Shown: positions 1-10,202 of the stretch, one piece after another
How positions within the stretch are numbered: the stretch's first letter is position 1
How the letters are laid out: each line of letters begins with the position of its first letter
The notes under the pieces: model-generated
Told to the model about the DNA's origin: nothing
The model's input: the letters and a program-made list of their open reading frames with translations, nothing else
Database searches by the model: none
Program-made: the position numbers and the translations under genes
Assembly: GCF_000011805.1 (NCBI RefSeq)
Contig: NC_006840.2
DNA: 32,000 nt
From: Aliivibrio fischeri ES114
Lineage (GTDB): Bacteria > Pseudomonadota > Gammaproteobacteria > Enterobacterales > Vibrionaceae
Strand: one strand, 5' to 3'

Positions 1-256
1 GCAATATATTATTGATACCTACCACCCTTCTTGTAATGCGGAAGAGTTTAGAGAAGGTATTATTGACTCTGTAGAGTTAGATTGGCGTAAACTTAAAGTT
101 ATCGCTTCTTCATTATCAAAAGAAAATGCTAATGAGGGTTTTGTGACATTTAAAGCGACCTATTCAGAAGATGGCCAACTGCATCAATTAAAAGAATGCT
201 CTCGCTTTGTCAAAGAAGATGGTAAGTGGTTCTATATTGATGGTGATGTAGAGTAA
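1..256 (+). CDS. YchJ/UPF0225-like protein, C-terminal part (5' end outside window)
   Basis: Frame 2 reads without stops ...QYIIDTYHPSCNAEEFREGIIDSVELDWRKLKVIASS...GFVTFKATYSEDGQLHQLKECSRFVKEDGKWFYIDGDVE then TAA at 254-256; resembles the YchJ C-terminal pattern (THP..., LDW, FVR..GRWFYIDG). Not in the supplied ORF track because the start is missing. Confidence 0.75.
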   Translation, partial: QYIIDTYHPSCNAEEFREGIIDSVELDWRKLKVIASSLSKENANEGFVTFKATYSEDGQLHQLKECSRFVKEDGKWFYIDGDVE

Positions 257-263
257 AAGACAT

Positions 264-297
264 AAAAAAAACGAGAGCGCTTGCTCTCGTTTTTTAT
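264..297. terminator. Bidirectional intrinsic terminator
   Basis: Stem ACGAGAGC(271-278)/GCTCTCGT(283-290), 4-nt loop, A-run before and T-run after; lies between two convergent genes. Confidence 0.85.
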
Positions 298-317
298 TTT
301 CAATACTAATTCTTAAA

Positions 318-1769
318 TTAGAATTTTTTCGATATCAGTGCAGCACCTGCAATAATACCTACACCAAGCAGCATAATAGCGCCTTTGCCACTATCAAATC
401 CTGATGAAATCCCCATAAATGCAACAATTGCGATTGCCACAGGGATGATAAACTTAACTAAAGCATACCATAGACCAAACAATGGGAATTTCACTTCACC
501 ACCGTTCGTGATCTCATCTTCTAGATCTTCACGTTTCAATCTCCAACCAGCAAAGATACATACCAACATACCGCCAACGGCTAAGAAGATTTTATCTGTT
601 AACAAGTCAAAAATATCAAAGGCACCAGTATCAAATAATGTTGGTCCAACGCCACCTAAAGATAGAGAAGCAAAGATACATAAAACAGCCATTACCGAAC
701 TTGCTGTAATCACCGCTTTAACACGTGATAACCCTTTTTCATCAATTAAGTAAGACACAACAACTTCTAATAAAGAAACAGAAGATGTCAGTGCAGCAAC
801 ACTTAAACCAATAAAGAACATAAGAGCTAAAAGAAGACCGATAATTCCGCCCATTTCAGCAAATAACTGAGGTACCACAACAAATACAAGACCCGGCCCT
901 GCTGTTGGTGCCATACCAAATGCAAACATTGCAGGGAACATTGCTACACCAGCAAGAATTGCAACGCCTGTATCCATTGCTGTAACCATTGCTGTTGTTT
1001 GTACTAAGTTTTCTTTTTTCTTCAAATAAGAACCGTACGTCATCATACAACCCATACCCAAAGATAATGAAAAGAAAGCTTGGCCTAGAGCAGCCAAAAT
1101 AACGTTACTATCAATTTTTGAAAAATCAGGACTAAATAAAAACTCAAGACCCGCCATTGAACCAGGAAGCATTAACCCTTTTACTGAAACAATAATCAGG
1201 ATAATGAAAAGCAATGGCATTAATATTTTACCTGCTTTCTCAATACCACCAGAAATACCTTTCATTACAATGACGATATTTAAAAATAGATAAAAAGCCA
1301 TCCACATTAACGGTTGAATTGGATCAGAAATAAATCCACCAAAACTATCACCAATTGCTTCTGGAGCGCTTAATAAGCCCGTACCAACTTTAGCAATGTA
1401 AGCAATAGCCCAACCACCTACTACAGGGTAGAAACCCATGATCAATAGACCACTTGTTACACCGATGACACCAGCAAAGGTCCAACGGCGATCTGTAGAT
1501 TTAAAAGCACCTACTGCTGATTTTTGTGTTCGACGACCGATAGCAAACTCAGTCAACATCACACTAAAACCGATAAAAATAACGAAGAACAGATAGATAA
1601 CAACAAATGCACCACCACCATTATCTCCAGCTGTATATGGAAACTTCCAAATATTACCAAGGCCAACAGCTGATCCCGCTGCCGCCATGACAAACCCTAA
1701 CTTTGAACCCCAATTGTCGCGGGGCTTCGTAGAAGCGCTCATACCCACGTTTATCTCCAAACTATCCAT
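318..1769 (-). CDS. Neurotransmitter:sodium symporter (NSS/SNF) family sodium-dependent transporter
   Basis: 483 aa with the family N-terminal signature WGSKLGFVMAAAGSAVGLGNIWKFPYTAGDNGGGAF and multiple TM segments. Confidence 0.92.
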   Translation of the reverse strand: MDSLEINVGMSASTKPRDNWGSKLGFVMAAAGSAVGLGNIWKFPYTAGDNGGGAFVVIYLFFVIFIGFSVMLTEFAIGRRTQKSAVGAFKSTDRRWTFAGVIGVTSGLLIMGFYPVVGGWAIAYIAKVGTGLLSAPEAIGDSFGGFISDPIQPLMWMAFYLFLNIVIVMKGISGGIEKAGKILMPLLFIILIIVSVKGLMLPGSMAGLEFLFSPDFSKIDSNVILAALGQAFFSLSLGMGCMMTYGSYLKKKENLVQTTAMVTAMDTGVAILAGVAMFPAMFAFGMAPTAGPGLVFVVVPQLFAEMGGIIGLLLALMFFIGLSVAALTSSVSLLEVVVSYLIDEKGLSRVKAVITASSVMAVLCIFASLSLGGVGPTLFDTGAFDIFDLLTDKIFLAVGGMLVCIFAGWRLKREDLEDEITNGGEVKFPLFGLWYALVKFIIPVAIAIVAFMGISSGFDSGKGAIMLLGVGIIAGAALISKKF

Positions 1770-1801
1770 GCTGTGTTAATAAATTTACGCCAAAAATGTT
1801 G

Positions 1802-1819
1802 TGTACATATTTTTGTACA
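1802..1819. promoter_or_regulatory. Candidate TyrR box
   Basis: TGTACA-TATTTT-TGTACA matches the TyrR consensus TGTAAA-N6-TTTACA at 10 of 12 fixed positions, with the G-N14-C core spacing, 33 nt upstream of the predicted NSS transporter start. Confidence 0.45.
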
Positions 1820-2047
1820 TTCTAAAAATTGGAATGGCGTACCATCAATTGCAAGTAAAACAGTTTAAGAATAAAATTGGAACCCCAGAGTTGCATTTTT
1901 TTAACATATGACACCTTTTTGTGTCCTATATGTTTACAATTTCATCAATAATTTTTATTTTGTAAATTTTTGCATTCCTATCTACTCTTTTCTTATCACT
2001 CCTGATTTAATAGAGATCCTCTTACTTTTTTCACTGACAGAGCGCTA

Positions 2048-3502
2048 ATGGATAAATTTTATCAAGCACTTACAATTGTTAGCTTCGTTTTATATTGGCT
2101 TCTCGTAGCAGGCGTAACAATTCGTGTTGTTTTCAAACCAAGACCCGTAGGCGTATCATTAGCTTGGCTTATGATTATTTACATTCTTCCTGTTATTGGG
2201 GTCATGGCTTATTTTTTAATTGGTGAGCTTAACTTAGGTCGAACTCGTGGTGAACGTGCACGAGCTATGTTTACGCCTTATGAACAGTGGTTTGCACAAA
2301 TTCATCATTGCCAATATCACCAACCACATTCGATTTCCCATCGTATCTCAGCGATTCACAATTTATGCTCTAATCGCCTCGGGATCCCTGCATTAAGTGG
2401 CGATACACTCTCGCTATTAAATACCCCTTCAGAAATTCTCAATGCGATTATTTCTGATATAGAAAAAGCCGAACATGAAATAAATATGGAGTTTTATATT
2501 TGGCATCACGGTGGGCTGGCTGACAGTGTTGCAAGCGCACTAATTGTAGCTGCAAAACGAGGCGTAACTGTCAATGTGCTGCTTGACTCCGCAGGTAGTA
2601 TGGATTTTTTTAAGAGTCACTGGCCTAAATTACTCAAGCAATCCGGTGTCAACATTGTAGAAGCTCTAAGTGTTAGTCCATTTCGTATGTTCTTTCGACG
2701 CCTAGATCTACGCTTGCATCGAAAAATTGTTGTGATTGATAACCGTATCGCTTATACCGGCTCAATGAACCTAGTTGATCCACAGTACTTCAAACAAAAC
2801 TCAGGTGTTGGCCAATGGATTGACGTAATGGTTCGCCTTACAGGACCTAATGTCGCTATTTTAAATACTATTCATGCGTGGGATTGGGAAGTTGAAACGG
2901 GTATTCGCGAGCTACCTCATTTACCGGAGTGCCCTGCCTCTATTGACCCATTTAATCATACAACTCAAGTGGTTCCTTCTGGCCCAGGTATGCCAGATGA
3001 CATTATTCAGCAAGTGCTTATTACTGCTATTTGCCAAGCAAGAAAATCCATTACCATCACCACGCCGTATTTTGTGCCTAGTGAGATTTTATTGCACACC
3101 TTAAGAACCACTGCACACCGCGGTGTTGAAGTGAAACTCATACTGCCTAAGAAAAATGACTCATTAATGGTGAACTGGGCATCAAAATCTTTTTTTGAAA
3201 CCCTCTTAAAAGCCGGAGTTCAAATACATGAATTTAATGGTGGTTTATTACATACAAAATCGGTCGTTATTGATGAAAGCCATTGTATTATTGGAACCGT
3301 AAACTTAGATATGCGCAGCTTCTGGCTCAACTTTGAAGTAAGTTTGATCGTCGATGATCCTGAGTTTACAAAACAATTATCATGGGTTTTAGATGGCTAC
3401 CTAGAGCAATCAACTCAAGTCTGTTTTGATACATGGCGTCATAGAAGTTGGGGAAATCGCTTTACCGAACGATTCTTCTCTATGTTCAGCCCATTACTCT
3501 AA
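2048..3502 (+). CDS. cls: Cardiolipin synthase A (two phospholipase D HKD domains)
   Basis: 484 aa; two N-terminal TM segments; HKD motifs HRKIVVIDNRIAYTGSMN and HTKSVVIDESHCIIGTVNLDMRS. Confidence 0.93.
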   Translation: MDKFYQALTIVSFVLYWLLVAGVTIRVVFKPRPVGVSLAWLMIIYILPVIGVMAYFLIGELNLGRTRGERARAMFTPYEQWFAQIHHCQYHQPHSISHRISAIHNLCSNRLGIPALSGDTLSLLNTPSEILNAIISDIEKAEHEINMEFYIWHHGGLADSVASALIVAAKRGVTVNVLLDSAGSMDFFKSHWPKLLKQSGVNIVEALSVSPFRMFFRRLDLRLHRKIVVIDNRIAYTGSMNLVDPQYFKQNSGVGQWIDVMVRLTGPNVAILNTIHAWDWEVETGIRELPHLPECPASIDPFNHTTQVVPSGPGMPDDIIQQVLITAICQARKSITITTPYFVPSEILLHTLRTTAHRGVEVKLILPKKNDSLMVNWASKSFFETLLKAGVQIHEFNGGLLHTKSVVIDESHCIIGTVNLDMRSFWLNFEVSLIVDDPEFTKQLSWVLDGYLEQSTQVCFDTWRHRSWGNRFTERFFSMFSPLL

Positions 3503-3513
3503 AAACACATAAG

Positions 3514-3554
3514 AAAAAGCCAGTGACCTCTTTGCCAAGGTCACTGGCTTTTTT
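3514..3554. terminator. Bidirectional intrinsic terminator between cls and folE
   Basis: AAAAAGCCAGTGACC ... GGTCACTGGCTTTTT inverted repeat. Confidence 0.9.
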
Positions 3555-3594
3555 AATGTTTACTTTATTGTGATATTTAACAAGATGGCTGTAT

Positions 3595-4248
3595 TTAACG
3601 AATACCGCTTAAAAACTCGTGTCTTGTCGCTGGGTTTCTCTTAAAGATCCCACCAAGTGCAGTCGTTGTTGTACTACTTGTTGCATCCATTACACCACGA
3701 GACTTAACACAATAGTGCGTTGCTTCCATAGTAATAGCTACATCGTCACTACCTAATAAGGTTTGTAAAGCCACAAGTATTTGCTGAGTCATGCGTTCTT
3801 GTACTTGTGGACGTTGAGCGAAGAATCGAACAATGCGGTTAATTTTAGATAATCCGATGATCTTTCCACGAGGAATATAAGCAACCGTCGCTTTACCATC
3901 AATTGTCACTAAGTGATGTTCGCAAGTACTGGTTAACGTAATATCATTAACACGAACCATCTCATCACAGTTCATCTTATTTTCAATCACTGTAATTTTA
4001 GGGAAATTGGCATAATCTAGCCCAGAGAAAATCTCATCCACATACATTTTTGCAATACGGTGTGGCGTTTCTTCTAAACTATCATCACTAAGATCAAGAC
4101 TTAATAGGGTTAGGATCTCACGCATATGCTCTTCGATGCGCTCTTTTTTCTCTTCTCGACTAACACCATTTTCTTTCATTGGCGTCTCAAGACCACGTGC
4201 AACAAGAGCATCACGCACTAATATGGCTGATTCACTAAGTGATGACAT
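3595..4248 (-). CDS. folE: GTP cyclohydrolase I
   Basis: GTPCH-I motifs [45 protein letters not shown] and [12 protein letters not shown]. The track ORF starts at 4260 (MEYTMSSL...); I favour the internal Met at 4248, giving 217 aa, near the usual FolE length. Confidence 0.93.
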   Translation of the reverse strand: MSSLSESAILVRDALVARGLETPMKENGVSREEKKERIEEHMREILTLLSLDLSDDSLEETPHRIAKMYVDEIFSGLDYANFPKITVIENKMNCDEMVRVNDITLTSTCEHHLVTIDGKATVAYIPRGKIIGLSKINRIVRFFAQRPQVQERMTQQILVALQTLLGSDDVAITMEATHYCVKSRGVMDATSSTTTTALGGIFKRNPATRHEFLSGIR

Positions 4249-4402
4249 CGTATACTCCAAAATTCCATAATCAATTGAACTTCGCTAAGGATACCTCCTC
4301 TATCAAATAAATACACCCTGATTTTACTAGGTCTATTAGATGTTAAAGGCCAAAATATGGTAATGTTCAATCATTATTACGATTAATGTAGAGAGTACCC
4401 TA

Positions 4403-5647
4403 ATGGATTGCTGCGCAACTCAAGGTTTAATTCCAGTAGAAACCGCTTTAGAAACCTTATTATCTCAAGTTTCTCCGGTATCAAATACCCATTCTTTAGC
4501 TCTTGCTGATGCAATTGGCTTTGTATTAGCTGAAGATATTCGTTCTCCTATTAATGTTCCTCCATTTGCTAACTCGGCAATGGATGGCTATGCGGTACGT
4601 ATTGCTGATTTAGAGCAGTCATTAACTTTACCTGTCGCTGGTAAATCTTTTGCAGGCATTCCTTTTGAAGGTGAATGGCAGCCACAAACCACTGTTCGTA
4701 TTATGACTGGCGCTAAAATCCCCGAGGGTTGCGATGCTGTCATTATGCAAGAACTAACCACTGAAACAGATGCAGGTATTACCTTCGAATTAAGCCTTGC
4801 TGATGTAAAACCGCAAGCAAACATCCGTCCGATTGGCGACGATGTATCTCAAGGCCAAACTGTACTAGCTAAAGGTCACCGTTTAACACCACGTGATATC
4901 CCGTTAATTGCATCATTAGGTATTAATGATATTTCCGTAGTAGATAAGCCAAAAGTCGCTTTCTTCTCTACTGGTGATGAACTTAAACCCCTTGGTCAAC
5001 CACTAGAAGATGGTCAAATCTACGACAGTAATCGCTACGGTATTAAAGTATTAATTGAACGTTTTGGTTGTGAAGCGGTCGATCTCGGTATTATCCCTGA
5101 CTGTCCAGAAACACTAAAAGAAGTATTCCTAAAAGCAGATAAAGAAGCCGATGTGGTAATTACTTCTGGCGGTGTAAGTGTTGGCGAGGCAGATTATACT
5201 AAAGATATTTTGGATGAATTAGGTCAGATCGGCTTTTGGAAATTAGCCATTAAACCAGGCAAACCTTTTGCTTTTGGTCAATTACCAAATTCTTACTTCT
5301 GTGGTTTACCTGGAAACCCAGTATCGGCAATGTTAACCATGTATGTACTTGTACAGCCAATGCTTGCAAAGCTTGCGGGCCATACAAAGTGGGAAGCACC
5401 AAAATCAATTCCTGCAAAAGCAACATCTACATTTAAAAAACACCCTGGCCGTACTGACTATCAACGTGGCATTTATTCTATTAATGAACAAGGCCAATTT
5501 GAGGTATCGACGACCGGTAATCAAGGTTCTGGTGCCTTCAGTTCAATGAGTATTGCCAATTGTTTTGTTGTATTAGAGCGTGAGCGTGGTCGCGTTGACG
5601 CGGGTGAAACGGTTAACATCGAACTTTTCAACGCATCACTATACTAA
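4403..5647 (+). CDS. moeA: Molybdopterin molybdenumtransferase MoeA
   Basis: 414 aa; motifs PFANSAMDGYAVR, TGAKIPEGCDAVIMQE, TSGGVSVGEADYTKDIL, GLPGNPVSAM. Confidence 0.94.
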   Translation: MDCCATQGLIPVETALETLLSQVSPVSNTHSLALADAIGFVLAEDIRSPINVPPFANSAMDGYAVRIADLEQSLTLPVAGKSFAGIPFEGEWQPQTTVRIMTGAKIPEGCDAVIMQELTTETDAGITFELSLADVKPQANIRPIGDDVSQGQTVLAKGHRLTPRDIPLIASLGINDISVVDKPKVAFFSTGDELKPLGQPLEDGQIYDSNRYGIKVLIERFGCEAVDLGIIPDCPETLKEVFLKADKEADVVITSGGVSVGEADYTKDILDELGQIGFWKLAIKPGKPFAFGQLPNSYFCGLPGNPVSAMLTMYVLVQPMLAKLAGHTKWEAPKSIPAKATSTFKKHPGRTDYQRGIYSINEQGQFEVSTTGNQGSGAFSSMSIANCFVVLERERGRVDAGETVNIELFNASLY

Positions 5648-5657
5648 GAGCTTATTT

Positions 5658-6407
5658 ATGAGTGAATTAACTGATAATGAAATGCTTCGCTATAACCGTC
5701 AGATCATCTTACGTAATTTTGATTTTGATGGCCAAGAAGCATTAAAAGCAAGCTCCATACTGATCATTGGTGCGGGAGGTCTGGGTTGCGCATCCAGTCA
5801 ATATTTAGCAGCAGCGGGGGTTGGTACTCTAACGCTTGTTGATGATGATACCGTTGAACTTTCAAACCTGCAACGTCAGGTATTGCACTGCGATGAGACC
5901 ATCGGCGTAAAAAAAGTTATGTCAGCTAAAATGGCGTTAAATCGAATTAACCCTAATTGCCACATCAACACTGTAGATAAGCGTCTATCTGATGACGAAT
6001 TGCGCTCATTCATTGCATCTCATGATCTAGTACTTGATGGTACTGATAATGTTGATACACGTAACCAATTAAACCGCTTATGCCACGAATCGAAGACACC
6101 ATTGGTTTCTGGTGCAGCGATTCGTATGGAAGGCCAAGTAAGTGTTTATACGTATCAAGATGATGAGCCTTGCTACCAATGCTTAAGCAGTTTATTTGGG
6201 CAACAAGCATTGACCTGTGTTGAAGCAGGAGTAATGTCTCCTGTTGTCGGTATTATTGGTTCTGTTCAAGCATTAGAAGCGATAAAAGTATTAACTAACT
6301 ATGGTCAACCTTTAATCAGCAAACTTCTTATTCTTGATGCCCTATCGATGAATTGGCGAGAAATGAAATTGGCTAAAATGCCTAATTGCTCAGTTTGCAG
6401 TCATTAA
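5658..6407 (+). CDS. moeB: Molybdopterin-synthase adenylyltransferase MoeB
   Basis: E1-like fold motif GAGGLGCASSQYLAAAGVGTLTLVDDDTVELSNLQRQ, CxxC pairs (CYQC, CSVC). The track ORF begins at 5580, inside moeA; the family N-terminus MSELTDNEMLRYNRQI starts at 5658. Confidence 0.93.
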   Translation: MSELTDNEMLRYNRQIILRNFDFDGQEALKASSILIIGAGGLGCASSQYLAAAGVGTLTLVDDDTVELSNLQRQVLHCDETIGVKKVMSAKMALNRINPNCHINTVDKRLSDDELRSFIASHDLVLDGTDNVDTRNQLNRLCHESKTPLVSGAAIRMEGQVSVYTYQDDEPCYQCLSSLFGQQALTCVEAGVMSPVVGIIGSVQALEAIKVLTNYGQPLISKLLILDALSMNWREMKLAKMPNCSVCSH

Positions 6408-6430
6408 ATACACGTTTATTTTCAATTTGA

Positions 6431-6466
6431 AGGCGATAAAAACACATGTTTTATCGCCTTTTTTTA
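6431..6466 (+). terminator. Intrinsic terminator downstream of moeB
   Basis: AGGCGATAAAA(6431-6441)/TTTTATCGCCT(6449-6459) followed by a T-run. Confidence 0.85.
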
Positions 6467-6592
6467 TTTCCTAAACACAAAAAAATCCCCAATAAAAACA
6501 ATAAGAAATAACCAAGAATACTGTTTTACACACCAAAGCCAAGCCTAAAATCCCTCTCCATGTAATACACATTTAAGAAAAGTGAAATATAA

Positions 6593-6610
6593 CTGTCACA
6601 TAACTTTCCT
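6593..6610 (+). promoter_or_regulatory. Candidate Pho box upstream of pstS
   Basis: CTGTCACATAACTTTCCT versus PhoB consensus CTGTCATAWAWCTGTCAY; strong first half, degenerate second half, about 50 nt upstream of pstS. Confidence 0.6.
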
Positions 6611-6658
6611 AAAGTGACCTCGTCAACTTAATTACGGCATGAATGCCAGACAAAGGAA

Positions 6659-7486
6659 ATGAAAATGAAAAAGTCAGTAATCGGCGCACTAGCAATTATT
6701 AGTTCAGTAGTAGCAGCACCAACTTTAGCAAAGGAAACCATTTCTGCTGTTGGTTCAAGCAGTGTAACTCCACTTATGGAAGTGTTTTCTGAAACATACA
6801 TGAAAGACCATTCAAACGTATTTATCGAAGTTCAAGGCCCGGGCTCTTCTGCTGGTGTTAAAGCGGCAAAAAATGGCTCAGCTGATTTAGGCATGTCTTC
6901 TCGTAACTTAAAATCAGATGAGAAAGATCCTACGCTTAAAGAGCTTATTGTTGCTCACGACGGCATCGCTGTTGTTGTAAACCCAAATAACAAACTTAAA
7001 GGGTTAACATCAGAGCAAGTAACAGCTATCTATAAAGGTGAAGTTAAAAACTGGAAAGAAGTGGGTGGCGCAGACAAGCCTGTTGTTGTAATTACTCGTG
7101 ATACTGCATCTGGTACTCGTGGCGCATTTGAAGACATCATGAACCTGAAGAAAAAAGTATCAGGTATGAAAGTCTCAGCGATTTCACAACGAGCTCAAGT
7201 TGCTAACGGCAACGGTGCACTAAAAACAATGGTAGCAAGTAACCCATACGCAATTGGTTACATCTCTTTAGGTACCGTTGATAGCTCTGTACACGCACTA
7301 GCAATTGATAACGTAGAGCCAAGTGTTGCTGACATCAAAAACGGCACTTACAAAGTATCTCGTCCATTCCTTGTTCTATACAAAGAAGGTAAACCATCAG
7401 CTGAAGCTCAAAAATTCCTTGATTGGATGACAGCTGAAACAGCTCAAAACCTTGTTGAAAAGAAAGGCTACATCTCAGTTAACTAA
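6659..7486 (+). CDS. pstS: Phosphate ABC transporter substrate-binding protein PstS
   Basis: Signal peptide MKMKKSVIGALAIISSVVAAPTLA; PstS motifs GSSSVTPLMEVF, GPGSSAGVKAAKNGSADLGMSSRNL, RDTASGTRGAFED; followed by pstCAB. Confidence 0.92.
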   Translation: MKMKKSVIGALAIISSVVAAPTLAKETISAVGSSSVTPLMEVFSETYMKDHSNVFIEVQGPGSSAGVKAAKNGSADLGMSSRNLKSDEKDPTLKELIVAHDGIAVVVNPNNKLKGLTSEQVTAIYKGEVKNWKEVGGADKPVVVITRDTASGTRGAFEDIMNLKKKVSGMKVSAISQRAQVANGNGALKTMVASNPYAIGYISLGTVDSSVHALAIDNVEPSVADIKNGTYKVSRPFLVLYKEGKPSAEAQKFLDWMTAETAQNLVEKKGYISVN

Positions 7487-7499
7487 TTTCTACCCTATT

Positions 7500-7526
7500 G
7501 CCTGACCTGCGAAGGTTGGGCATTTT
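7500..7526 (+). terminator. Possible attenuator/terminator between pstS and pstC
   Basis: GCCTGACCT-GCGA-AGGTTGGGC, 9 bp with two G-U pairs and a GNRA-type loop, followed by ATTTTT. Confidence 0.5.
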
Positions 7527-7561
7527 TCCATTTCGAATTTTTCGACATGTGAGTATTTATT

Positions 7562-8488
7562 ATGACCATCGCAATGAATAATCAAAGCACAGAAAATCAA
7601 GTAAAACCATCTAACAATCCACTACGAGAAAAAAAGCGCGTGGATTGGAGAGAACGTATTTTTCACGGTTTATTTTTAAGTTGTGCTGTTATTGGTATTG
7701 TTTCACTAGCGACTATCGCTTACTTCATCATTAAAGAAAGTATCCCAGCATTTCAACAAGCTGGTGTAAGCGGCATTGTATTAGGCCAAGATTGGCTACC
7801 GCCGGCATTATATGGTGTATTCACCATGATCGTCGCGTCAATTGTATCTACTTTTGGTGCAGTATTAGTTGGTGTTCCTGTTGGTATTTTAACGGCTATT
7901 TTTATTGCAGAAATAGCACCAAAACAAGTCGCTGATATTATTCGACCTGCCGTTGAACTATTAGCTGGTATACCATCGGTTGTATACGGCTTCTTTGGCC
8001 TGGTTATTATTGTTCCATTAATTCAAGACATATTCCAAGTCCCTGCAGGTAACACCATTCTTGCTGGTATTATCGTTCTTGGTGTAATGATTCTTCCTAC
8101 TGTAATCACCGTATCAGAAACGTCTATTCGTGCTGTACCGTCAACATACAGAGAAGGTTCATTGGCACTTGGGGCTTCTAAAATATTCACTATTTTCCGT
8201 ATTCTTCTTCCTGCCGCTCGTTCAGGTATCATGACAGGCGTTATTCTTGGTATCGCTCGTGCACTGGGTGAAACCATGGCAATCATCATGGTAATGGGTA
8301 ACGCCCCAGCAATGCCTGAAGGAATTTTAGATTCAGCACGAACATTAACCGCAAACATCGCAATTGAAATGTCATACGCAAGTGGCATTCACGCCAACGC
8401 TCTGTACGCAACTGGTGTGGTATTGCTTGTATTTATCATGTCTCTTAATGGCATTCTTCTTTACTTAAACCGTGAAACGGCGAAATAA
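7562..8488 (+). CDS. pstC: Phosphate ABC transporter permease PstC
   Basis: 308 aa; permease loop motif EGSLALGASKIFTIFRILLPAARSGIMTGVILGIARALGETMAI; operon position. Confidence 0.92.
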   Translation: MTIAMNNQSTENQVKPSNNPLREKKRVDWRERIFHGLFLSCAVIGIVSLATIAYFIIKESIPAFQQAGVSGIVLGQDWLPPALYGVFTMIVASIVSTFGAVLVGVPVGILTAIFIAEIAPKQVADIIRPAVELLAGIPSVVYGFFGLVIIVPLIQDIFQVPAGNTILAGIIVLGVMILPTVITVSETSIRAVPSTYREGSLALGASKIFTIFRILLPAARSGIMTGVILGIARALGETMAIIMVMGNAPAMPEGILDSARTLTANIAIEMSYASGIHANALYATGVVLLVFIMSLNGILLYLNRETAK

Positions 8489-8492
8489 GATC

Positions 8493-9350
8493 ATGAATAA
8501 ATTAAAAAAACAGCGTCAAATAAAAGACCAAATTGCTTCAGGATTCATTTGGTTATCAGCTGCAATTACTGTAGGTTTCTTATTTTGGATTATCTGGTAC
8601 ATCCTTTCGAATGGCATGCAACACGTAAGTTGGTCATTCATTACAGATAACTACACTCGAACAGGTGAAGAGCACGGTATCTTCCCTATGATAGTTTCAA
8701 CGTTATACATGGTACTTGCTTCAATTGCTGTCGCAGCACCACTTGGCATCATGACAGCTATTTACCTAACCGAATATGCAAAGGTAGGAAGCAAATTAGT
8801 TAAAGCCATTCGCTTCTGTACTGAATCGTTAGCTGGCATTCCATCGATTATCTTTGGTCTGTTTGGTATGACTTTCTTTGTAGGTATTTTAGGTCTTGGC
8901 TTCTCTATCCTATCTGGTGCTTTAACACTGAGTATTTTAATACTTCCTGTTATTATTCGTACAACAGAAGAAGCGTTAATGGCTGTACCTCAAACATTTC
9001 GTGAAGGTTCATACGGACTTGGCGCATCAAAAATTTATACAATTTGGCGCTTAATTTTACCAAGTGCAATGCCAGGTATTCTGACTTCCGTTATTTTAAG
9101 TATTGGCCGTGTTATTGGTGAGTCTGCACCCGTGTTTTTGACCGCTGGTATGGTTGCACGTATTCCCGATTCATTACTGGATTCAGGACGTACACTAACC
9201 GTTCACCTTTATAAGTTAACCACTGAATTATTTACTATCGACGAGTGGAACCAAGCTTACGGAACTGCAACCGTACTTATCGTTCTTGTTCTTGTCATTA
9301 ATACGCTAACCAAGCTATTGGCTCGAAAAATTAATAAAGCATCTTACTAA
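8493..9350 (+). CDS. pstA: Phosphate ABC transporter permease PstA
   Basis: EGSYGLGASKIYTIWRLILPSAMPGILTSVILSIGRVIGESAPV. The track start at 8472 is a GTG inside pstC; ATG at 8493 follows the pstC stop. Confidence 0.92.
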   Translation: MNKLKKQRQIKDQIASGFIWLSAAITVGFLFWIIWYILSNGMQHVSWSFITDNYTRTGEEHGIFPMIVSTLYMVLASIAVAAPLGIMTAIYLTEYAKVGSKLVKAIRFCTESLAGIPSIIFGLFGMTFFVGILGLGFSILSGALTLSILILPVIIRTTEEALMAVPQTFREGSYGLGASKIYTIWRLILPSAMPGILTSVILSIGRVIGESAPVFLTAGMVARIPDSLLDSGRTLTVHLYKLTTELFTIDEWNQAYGTATVLIVLVLVINTLTKLLARKINKASY

Positions 9351-9414
9351 AATATAACGCTATCAAATTAAATCAGTGGCACGACAATAAGTTGCGGCTG
9401 ATAAGGAAAATACA

Positions 9415-10164
9415 ATGAACAAATTTAATATTGAAAATCTAGACCTTTTTTACGGACAAAACCAGGCGCTTAAAAACATCAATTTGCCAATTCCCGCAAA
9501 ACAAGTAACAGCATTAATTGGCCCTTCTGGCTGTGGTAAATCAACATTGTTACGTTGTTTAAACCGAATGAATGATTTGATTGAAGGCGTAAAAATCACA
9601 GGTCTTGTTAACCTTGATGGTAACGACATTTACGGAAACATTGATGTAGCAGATCTTCGTATCAAAGTAGGTATGGTATTCCAAAAAGCAAACCCATTCC
9701 CAATGAGCATTTACGAGAACGTTGCTTATGGTTTAAAAGCTCAAGGTGTAAAAGATAAGAAAGTGCTAGATGCAGTAGTCGAGAAATCATTACGTGGTGC
9801 AGCACTATGGGATGAAGTGAAAGATCGTCTTAAATCTCACGCTTTTGGTCTATCAGGTGGTCAACAACAACGTCTTTGTATTGCTCGTACCATTGCAATG
9901 GAACCAGATGTAATCCTAATGGACGAACCAACCTCTGCTCTTGACCCAATTGCAACGCATAAAGTGGAAGAGTTAATGGAAACACTCAAAAAAGATTACA
10001 CCATTGTTATCGTAACTCACTCAATGCAACAAGCTCGTCGTATCTCAGATAAAACTGCCTTCTTCTTAATGGGTGAACTTGTTGAGCACGATGACACACA
10101 AATCATTTTCTCTAATCCAAAAGATGACCGTACACAAGGTTATGTTAACGGTGATTTTGGTTAA
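9415..10164 (+). CDS. pstB: Phosphate ABC transporter ATP-binding protein PstB
   Basis: Walker [10 protein letters not shown], signature [19 protein letters not shown], Walker [14 protein letters not shown]. Confidence 0.96.
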   Translation: MNKFNIENLDLFYGQNQALKNINLPIPAKQVTALIGPSGCGKSTLLRCLNRMNDLIEGVKITGLVNLDGNDIYGNIDVADLRIKVGMVFQKANPFPMSIYENVAYGLKAQGVKDKKVLDAVVEKSLRGAALWDEVKDRLKSHAFGLSGGQQQRLCIARTIAMEPDVILMDEPTSALDPIATHKVEELMETLKKDYTIVIVTHSMQQARRISDKTAFFLMGELVEHDDTQIIFSNPKDDRTQGYVNGDFG

Positions 10165-10202
10165 TTGATTCAAAGAATAATAACAAAGCGATGGAAACTC
10201 TT

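Noticed and set aside
385-753. 122-aa plus-strand ORF
   Set aside because: Lies wholly antisense to the well-supported NSS transporter with no family resemblance or RBS support; likewise 856-1050.
2874-3104. 76-aa plus-strand ORF
   Set aside because: Alternative frame inside cls; no independent signal.
4588-4824. 78-aa minus-strand ORF (and 5343-5549, 6010-6210)
   Set aside because: Overlapping alternative frames within moeA/moeB.
8023-8388. 121-aa minus-strand ORF
   Set aside because: Antisense inside pstC; composition mirrors the coding strand.
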